From Octopus vulgaris (taxonomy: Eukaryota): a DNA stretch of 64,000 bases. Of this stretch, positions 55,250 to 64,000 are shown piece by piece; position 1 is the first letter of the stretch; every line of letters begins with the position of its first letter. The notes under the pieces are model-generated. The model did no database searches. It was not told the DNA's origin and saw only the letters and a program-made list of their open reading frames with translations. The stretch is from contig OX597833.1 of assembly GCA_951406725.2 (NCBI GenBank), positions 66,588,001 through 66,652,000 on the forward strand, written 5' to 3'. The translations under genes and the position numbers were made by a program.

Positions 55250-55800
55250 TTATTTAAATGAAACAGGAGCAATATGATCCGGTGAAGAACATGAATAATT
55301 GTCGTACAAATTTCCTTTGGTAAGGGTGGGAACAAAGTTACTCCAATTTGGAATTTCATGAGGGAAAAGGCTGCGCAAGGATAGTGAAGTTTTCAACAGT
55401 CAATCCATTAATATCAGATTCGAAAATGCCTTTAACTTTTACTTAGCAGATGTATTTTGCAATTCTTTAGTCTTCATTTTTGTGTATGTTGAAAATATCG
55501 CGTTTTAAAAGTGCTCTGGGTGAGGTCTATGTTGCATTTTGCGTTATTAGTGAAAAACGTGATGTAGCATACAGAAGTTTTTTTGAAAGATATTTACAAA
55601 CTAGAGGTCATGGACTTGAGCTAGGTCAATTGTTCTGAGTTGGGAAAATATACGTGGTGAAGCAAATAACTTTTCATTCGTGAAAAGTAATTTTCCTTCA
55701 GAAAGATGTGAAATAAATCGGTACAGCTGAAGGTTAATACAAGTTTGTTGCTGTTGAGAATATTATGGAGAATATTTAACTGAAGTACACACCAATTAAA
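55250..55800 (-). pseudogene. highly decayed Penelope-like element C-terminus (GIY-YIG endonuclease region)
   Basis: Manual minus-strand translation gives LHNILNSNKLVLTFSCT, PLVCKYLSKKLLYA, NIDLTQSTFKTRYFQH and ELAKYI, in the order of the PLE motifs LHKIFN..VKLSYSC / CPL.G.CL..IIY.A / YIG.T..FK.R..H / LS.YIW. Confidence 0.55.
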
Positions 55801-55969
55801 TTCAGAAAGTTAACAGGATATGTTAGATTCAGAATACCGTAGACTAACAATAATAATAATAATAATAATACAAAAAATCTTTACTACCATTTTTACGTTC
55901 CATCTAACTTCATCCCTTTTGAAAGAAAGCCTCTGTAAATATTCATATCAAGCCTTTCATATCTGTTAT

Positions 55970-56355
55970 ATTTTACTTGTTTCACTGCGCCCATGCCGGG
56001 GCACCCCCTTGAAGAGTTTTAGCGTTTTAGTCGAAAAGATTCCTTCCAGTACTAATTTCTAAGTTTCATACTTGTCCTATCGGTCTCATTGCCGAATTGC
56101 TGGTTACGGGGATGTAAACAAAGCAACACCAGTTGTCAAACGGTTGTGAGGGACAAACACAACAAAAACATAAAGACGCACATACAAACACAAGGACACA
56201 CAGAAAAACACACCCAAATACAAACACACACATACACACGTACGCACGCACACACACACACACACACACACACAGAATAGGCTACTTTCAGTTTCCGCCT
56301 TCCGAGTCCTCTCATCCGGGGGCTATAGCAGAAAATATTTGCAGAAGGTGCCAGT
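55970..56355 (-). mobile_element. old SINE family A
   Basis: Diverged tail and body. Confidence 0.65.
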
Positions 56356-56838
56356 AGTGAGGGCACATAATGAGATTACCACAAGACCACATGTTTTAAT
56401 GATATACAAATTATCGCCAGAGTACTATCAGATTGCAATTATACTGTGCACAAACGAATTTCGTTTAATTAGTTATTGAATTAATTACAAAAAATTATAG
56501 CACAACATATGTGACATTTAATGTATCATATTTGTAGTTGGTATAGCTAGAATGAAATACGATCATTTCCTTAGGAAAAAAAAGCATATTACCACTGATA
56601 ATAGACATGGGTACGTTCGAAAAAATAAGAATAATACTAGAGTAGGTAGTTTATTGTTAAGGCAGAGTGAAACACCATTTGTTATCTTTGAAGAATTTTT
56701 ATGGCATTTCTTTCCTAAATCTAACCAATTCCTTTTTGATGTAAGAAAGGAAACACTTCATGTATTTCTTTAAGCCAATACATAATAAAACATAAATATA
56801 CCAACAACAACAACAGCAACAACAAAAACAAAAACAAA

Positions 56839-56839
<1 letters not shown>

Positions 56840-56919
<80 letters not shown>

Positions 56920-57345
56920 GAAAAGAAAGAGGTAGATTTTTAAGTAGGGAAAATTTTTGATGTAGAAGAAGATAAAGCCGAAGAAGACATGTTGAAAGGA
57001 AATGTTGGCGGAGAAGAGGAAGTTTAAGAAGATGTAAGAGATATGAAGAAGGAGGAGGAGCTGGAGGAGGATGAGAAGGAGGAGAAGGAGGAGAAGGAGG
57101 AGGAGAGGAAAGGAGGAGGAAGAGGAGAAGAAGAAGATGAAGAAGATGAAGAAGAAGAAAAAGAAGAAAAAGAAGAAAAAGAAGAAGAAGAGGAAGAAGA
57201 AGAAGGCTAAGAAGAAGCAGAAGAAGGAGAAGAAGAGGGAGAAGAAGAAGAAGACGAAGAAGAAGACGAAGACGAAGAAGAAGAAGAAGAAGAAGAAGAA
57301 GAAGAAGAAGAAGAAGAAGAAGAAGAAGAAGAAGAAGAAGAAAAG
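56840..57345. repeat. (TAA)n and (GAA)n-rich tract
   Basis: Direct reading. Confidence 0.9.
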
Positions 57346-57832
57346 TGTTATGTTAATCATTCTGAAATATAACAATGCTCTCTTTGAAAGGAGGCGAAAA
57401 AAGATTACAACTAAGATATTAAGAAGCACGAATTACACATAAATACACACACAAACACACATAAGCGCTAATACACATCTCTCCCTCCACAAACAGACAC
57501 ACAGACACAGACAGACTCACAGACACCCACACATTCATACACACGCGCAGTGCACACATGGACGCTCTTTATAAAATAGATTACTAATATATGTTAGACA
57601 CATGTCGTTGCATGCCGAAGCAACAAACAGTCGAGATTTCAAAGTATTAATGAGCCTCACTTATTAAGCTAAGTTTTCACTGAAGCGGAAATAAATACTG
57701 AACGTACTTTTAATGCGTTGAAGTTATTACCCCCCTTTAATGGAAGACGTCGCATAAAAAACCAACAAATGTAATAAAAACGGCACGTATAAAAAATAAT
57801 ACACACACACGCGCGCGTTAACATATATATAA

Positions 57833-58082
57833 GTGTTAGATCGTTAGCTCCTACACGCAGTTTTTTTCTCTCCTTGTTTCTCACCTTGTTTCTTTTCTGT
57901 GTATCTTTCTGTTGAAGAGCGTAGGCTCGAAACGTAAAAGACTTTTTCTATTCCTGAGCGGTATACTAATACATTTGTTTGTTTGTACTCCATCTGCCTT
58001 CGTCTTTTGTTTATTTTCTTAAACATTTGTTTGTTTGTACTCCATCTGCCTTCGTCTTTTGTTTATTTTCTTAAACCTTCCC
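57833..58082 (+). mobile_element. hammerhead element family H2 with an internal ~53-bp tandem duplication
   Basis: Homologous to 37329-37536. acatttgtttgtttgtactcc...ttcttaa occurs twice (57971, 58023). Confidence 0.75.
57904..57941 (+). ncRNA. minimal type I hammerhead motif (A6U core variant)
   Basis: TCTTT-CTGTTGA-A-GAGC-gtag-GCTC-GAAA-C-GT-A-AAAGA: perfect 5-bp stem I and 4-bp stem II. Confidence 0.65.
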
Positions 58083-58104
58083 GTTTTATATATATATATA
58101 TACA

Positions 58105-58270
58105 ATGAATTTCTTTCAGTTTTCGTATACCAAAGTCATTCAGAAGCTTTTGATTGACCCGACCCAAGGCTATAGTAGGAGACACTTTCTCAAGGTGCCA
58201 CGCAGTGGGGTTGAACCAGGAAACATGTGGTTGGAAAGGAAGCTTCTTAACAATCAGCCACGCCTGCGTC
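58105..58270 (-). mobile_element. old SINE family A 5' half
   Basis: Diverged head and body. Confidence 0.7.
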
Positions 58271-58657
58271 TACACACACAGAGTATCGAACACACATACA
58301 TAAGTTATGTGTTTTTGCTCGCTCGCGAGTTGGCTTTACCAGTGCAGCTGGTGTTGAAACACCAAGAAGTCAGCCATAAACAAGCGAGATAACTCGTTTA
58401 AGTTCCCATTCAGGAGCGGTGGGCATCGATTGACACACACGGATAGGGATATATGTATATGTATATATATATATATATGTATTTTATATATAAAGATATG
58501 TAAATGTAAATAAATACAAACTGGGACAAGAACGTGAAACATTTAGAAGACGATACAAAAAACACGGATGGGACATTCGAAGCCTTCAATCTTCAGTCAA
58601 GAACCGGATCATCTTCGCAACACATACACAGATATATGTATACACGCACACACATAT

Positions 58658-58688
<31 letters not shown>

Positions 58689-58912
58689 CACACATATATA
58701 TATACATGTGTGTGCGTGTATATGTGTGTGTGTGTATATACACATATTGTACAAACATATATATATATATTTATATATATATATATATACAATCAGTATT
58801 TAATAAATAAAAGAAAAGAAAATGGAGAGTTGAAAGTTAATAATTATTTATTAATAATTTGATAATTCTTACTTCCTACAGCTGTTTCCATTAGTGCTCA
58901 TTAAATAATTAG

Positions 58913-59004
<92 letters not shown>

Positions 59005-59024
59005 CACACACACACACATATATA

Positions 59025-59385
59025 TTACTTGTTATAGTCAATAGGCTGCGGCCATACTGAGGCCCTATCTTGAAGAACTGTAGTCGAACTAACCGAACAC
59101 AGTACTTATATATTTAAGCCTGGTACTTATTCTAGCAGACTCTAATTCCCGAACTTCAAGCTTAGGGACATATAAACATACACCACCAGTTGTCAATCGC
59201 TTCTGAGGGTGGAGAGAGGAGCAAAGACACACACACACACGCACATAGAGTTTCTGGACACCAAGTCCGATAGAAATGCTTTGCTCAGCCCGAGGCTATA
59301 GTAACAGACCTTTGCGCAAGATGGCACTCAGTTGAATGGGAACTATGTGGTTCAGAAGCTTAGTACTATACAATGACGCCTGCAA
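59025..59385 (-). mobile_element. old SINE family A
   Basis: Diverged full-length copy. Confidence 0.6.
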
Positions 59386-59508
59386 CACATGTTGACTAAC
59401 TTACAAGGAAATAAAGCAAGCAGAAAATTGAGAAAAGACAAGGATACGTTCTATACAACTAATATAAATTGCAGCATAAAATAGAAATAAAGCGGCTTAA
59501 GTAAAACA

Positions 59509-59748
59509 AAACTAAATTGGACAAAATAAAATCAGCGACAATTTAATAAATATTTGAATATTTCATTACTACTTATCGTCTCGCCACTCAGTGGTTCATC
59601 GGGTAATGTCTCATAATTCACGTCTCCTAAACTAAATTGGACAAAATAAAATCAGCGACAGTTTAATAAATATTTGAATATTTCATTACTACTTATCGTT
59701 TCGCCACTCAGTGGTTCATCGGGTAATGTCTCATAATTCACGTCTCCT
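59509..59748 (-). repeat. 2 x 120-bp tandem repeat, each unit with a hammerhead motif (family H4)
   Basis: The units differ at two positions. Motif CATTAC-CCGATGA-ACCAC-tga-GTGGC-GAAA-C-gataa-GT-A-GTAATG at 59684-59728. The copy at 59564-59608 has GAGA for GAAA. Confidence 0.75.
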
Positions 59749-59955
59749 AGTGAACTAAAATCAGAATAACAATAAATTAATTTCGTATATCTTTTAACTA
59801 TAAGTCACCGTGTCCATCGTTTGCTATGTTCTGCTGTTATTCTCTCTGTAGAGTTTTAAGCATGTATTCAAATACTTATATATTTGTATATTTTGCTGTA
59901 ACTGTGTGTTTCACTAAAACAATAATATAGATAGATAAATACATACATACGTACA

Positions 59956-60038
<83 letters not shown>

Positions 60039-60162
60039 GTATAAATATACAAATACACAGATATATACATAAACACATACATACGCACACTCACACGTAT
60101 ATGAATTTATGTTTGAATGTGTGTATATATATATATATACACACACATATATATATATATGT

Positions 60163-60203
<41 letters not shown>

Positions 60204-60652
60204 AACATATATATATAGACACATATATATATATACATACATGCATACATATATATGTATATATATTTATATGTATGCATGTATGTATGTATATATATAT
60301 ATACATTGTGTTCATATGTGCGGCTGTAAAAATTCATTACTTCATTGTTATTAGGATGAATGCGTGTATGATAATATCTACGACCTTTCACTTTTCGCTT
60401 ATATATACATATAAAAGTGAAGTGTGTATATTGTGCAAGTAGGTGACCATTACAGTCGAGGTCAGAAACTAACAATAAACTTCTGTCGTAATAACACTTC
60501 ATAATATATCACGCTACACACGTTTCTACACGCGTGTATATACGCATGCTAATATAAAACCCACTCATAAATGGATACAGCCTACGTATACGTCCATATA
60601 TATATATATATAGTCACCCGGTTACTTGTAAAATACACACACACGTGTGTGT

Positions 60653-60697
<45 letters not shown>

Positions 60698-60746
60698 TTA
60701 TACATGCATATGTATTTATACGTATGTATAAATGACTATATATATA

Positions 60747-60785
<39 letters not shown>

Positions 60786-61207
60786 TATATATACTTACAT
60801 ATATATGTATATATATATACACGTATATATATACATGCATATACGTATATATATATATATATATATATAAATATATATGTTGGCATGCATACATACTAAT
60901 AAGGAAAACATTGCGTAAATGTACGCAAACGCATACACACATACACAACCACACACAAATATATCACACACACCCATACCCGCACTTGCACGCATACACT
61001 TACATATACATGCACACACAGAGACACACAGACAAACACACATACACGTACACACACACTCAGTGAGTCACGCACACACGCACACATATGTCTATGCGCA
61101 TTCGCAGAGAGAACCAGAATAATTACCGACATGAATTACAGCAAAATATAATAAAATAAAATAAAATAATTAAAGAAAAAAACAATAATCGATTTCTGCA
61201 GTTTGGC

Positions 61208-61251
<44 letters not shown>

Positions 61252-61654
61252 AATGATGATGATTACCATTAGGGCGAAGAAAAAGAAAGAGAACGTGGAG
61301 GGAAAGGAGAAGGAGAGAAGATAACGAAGAATTAAAGCAAGATGAAGGAGATTCAGATGAACGAAGAGGAAAAAGAAGAAGAAGGAAGAAAGAAAGAAGA
61401 AGGAGAGAGAAAGACGAAGAAAAGAAGTACAGAACGACAACAATAACAATAACAGCAACAACAAAAACAATAAGGAAAGTAAAAAAAGAAATATAACAAA
61501 AAGTGAAGTGGAACAAAACCAAGTAAAAATATAAAAAGCAAAAAAAACAACAAAGTAAAAACTTTAAAAATTACATAAAATGGAAGAATAAAAGATGTAA
61601 AAAAAGTATATGTATAAATGTATATATGTATATATATATATATATATATCTATA

Positions 61655-61759
<105 letters not shown>

Positions 61760-61782
61760 TTATGCAAGTGGTATGTATGTTC

Positions 61783-61813
<31 letters not shown>

Positions 61814-62444
61814 TCTCTGTCTATATATATATATATTGTGTGTGTGTCTGTAAGTGGTATATATGTACATATATATATATACATATATACATACATATAT
61901 ATATACATATATACACACACATATATATATATATAAATAAATATCTATCTATCTATCTATCTATATATAAATTGTGTGTGTGCATGAGCTATATAAGCAT
62001 ATATAAATGTACAGATGTATATATATATATATATATACGTGTATATATAAATATATACATACACACACATATATATATATATACGAACAATTATGTGTAA
62101 ATATATGTGTGTGTATGTGAATTTGTGTGGGTGTGTAAGTATACGTGTGTATGTGTGTGTGTGTGTGTGTGCTCGTTGGACAATTGATAAATAGCAAAAA
62201 GGGGAAGTTGGAATACGTCCAAAGAAATATATTAGATGTAGTTTGGAACCGATCCAAATGATGACATTTGTGTAAAACATTCGGAGAAAACAATACACTT
62301 GTTTTATCGCAGCCAGAGTTGCAGCAATGGTCAATTGTGTGCAGCTTTAGTGTTGCCACTTACAGGTCATGAGTTCGCGTAACAACAGCGCTAGTGTATT
62401 AGTTGTACACACCATTAATACACACACAAATATATGTATGTATT

Positions 62445-62660
62445 CGTGGTGTGCCGAAAAGTTCTAGGCTTTTGGTAAAAGAATATACAGGAGGATCAAA
62501 TATGGTTTTATTCAACATATTTACCCCGTCTCAGATTCACACACTTACTGCAGAGGTCCTTCAGTTTTTTCTAAACCCTGTAAAAGGAGTTGGAAGGTTG
62601 GGCTCTCAACGAAGCCTTTCACGATACTCTTAAAACTAGGAATATTTCAGCACCCCCTCG
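62445..62660. mobile_element. mariner-type MITE
   Basis: Imperfect TIRs CGTGGTGTGCCGAAAAGTTCTAG ... CTAGGAATATTTCAGCACCCCCTCG, followed by TA. Confidence 0.7.
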
Positions 62661-62888
62661 TATGTATGTATGTATGTATGTATGTATGTATGTATGTATG
62701 TATGTATGTATGCATGTATGTACGTATGTATGTATGTATGTATGTTTGTATGTATGTATGCATGTATGTATGTATGTATGTGTGTATGTATGTATGTATG
62801 TATATATGTATGTATGTATGTATGTATGCATGTATGTATGCATGTATGTATGTATGTATGCCTGTATGTATGCCTGTATGTATATATG

Positions 62889-62920
<32 letters not shown>

Positions 62921-63436
62921 TGTTTGTATGCAGGTATGAATGTACGTCTATATGTATGTATACATGTATATATGTATGTATGTATATATATATATGTATA
63001 TATGTATGTATATATATGTATATATGTATATATGTATGTGTGTATATATGTATGTATATATATATATATATTTATGTATATATGTTTTTATATATACATG
63101 TATGTATATATGAATGTATATATGCATATGTGTATGTATGTATATAAATGTGAATGTATATATATGTATATGTGTTTTTATATATGTATGTATATATGTA
63201 TGTATATATGTATGTATATATGTATGTATATATGTATGTATATATGTATGTATATATGTATGTATATATGTATATATGTATGTATATATGTATGTATATA
63301 TGTATATATGCATGTATATATGTGTGTATGTATATATATGTATGTATGTATTTATATATGTATGCATGTATATATGTATGTATATATGTATGTATATATG
63401 TATATATGTTTGTGTATATGCATGTATGTATGTATA
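62661..63436. repeat. (TATG)n/(TA)n compound microsatellite
   Basis: Direct reading. Confidence 0.95.
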
Positions 63437-63891
63437 CCTTACTCCCGCCCCTCAGTTTTGTATATATATTTGTCCTCCATGTAAATCTGTTCTGTAATTA
63501 CATAAATATATACATGTTTATAAAAGAAGGTCGACTTTCTGAATTTTTTCAATGCTTATTTCTCCCTATATATACTTCTATAAATGTGTCTTATTCATGT
63601 CATTTTGCATTTCTCATATTTTCTTATCAGCCTTTTACGAATGCTTTTGAACTGTGCTGTTCCTAAATCCATATCCGAATTTGCCAGACCTTCTCAGTCT
63701 CATTATCAGGAATTGCGTCGAACAGGTTTAGCGTTTGTATTGTTTCTTATAAACTGATTGAATTCCTGTCGACCGTTTTAGCAAGTCTACAGGAATTCAC
63801 TCAACTTTGGAGAAACAACACAAGCGCTTAATATATCCAATTTACCACGATCACCAACTCAGCCCTCGTTATGAGCAACAATAACAACAAT

Positions 63892-64000
63892 CTCTTTTAG
63901 TCTTTTACTTGTTTCAGTCATTTGACTGTGGCCATGCTGGAGCACCGATTTTAGTCGAGCAAATCGACCCAAGGACTTATTCATTGTAAGCCCAGTACTT
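63892..64000 (-). mobile_element. SINE family A 3' end (runs off the window)
   Basis: Tail match. Confidence 0.85.

Noticed and set aside
58520-58620. CTGAAGA-containing repeat-like segment (minus)
   Set aside because: GAAA box and stem I are absent in the visible part. It may be a truncated element but is unsupported here.

Overview
AT-rich eukaryotic DNA saturated with microsatellites, with no credible host protein-coding exon. Nearly all ORFs in the track are translations of simple repeats. The repeat families look like those of an octopus genome (inferred from recall, not checked). The window contains about 18 copies or fragments of one tRNA-derived SINE with an internal (TA)n(TG)n tract, about 10 copies of a second SINE, and a third SINE family. 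It also has decayed LINEs (CR1/L2-like and R4/Dong-like), a decayed Penelope-like GIY-YIG region, mariner/Tc1 remnants and MITEs, a non-autonomous Helitron, a 5S rRNA pseudogene and a tRNA-Gln-like pseudogene. A 7-kb hAT-like insertion (8-bp TSD) carries LINE fragments and a 52-bp satellite. The most notable signal is a set of short (about 120-320 bp) non-coding elements from several unrelated families, mostly sitting in microsatellites, that each carry a minimal type I hammerhead-ribozyme motif. They resemble Penelope pseudo-LTRs or retrozymes and include a 120-bp tandem dimer and a family with a fixed CUGUYGA core variant. Boundaries of degenerate elements are approximate.
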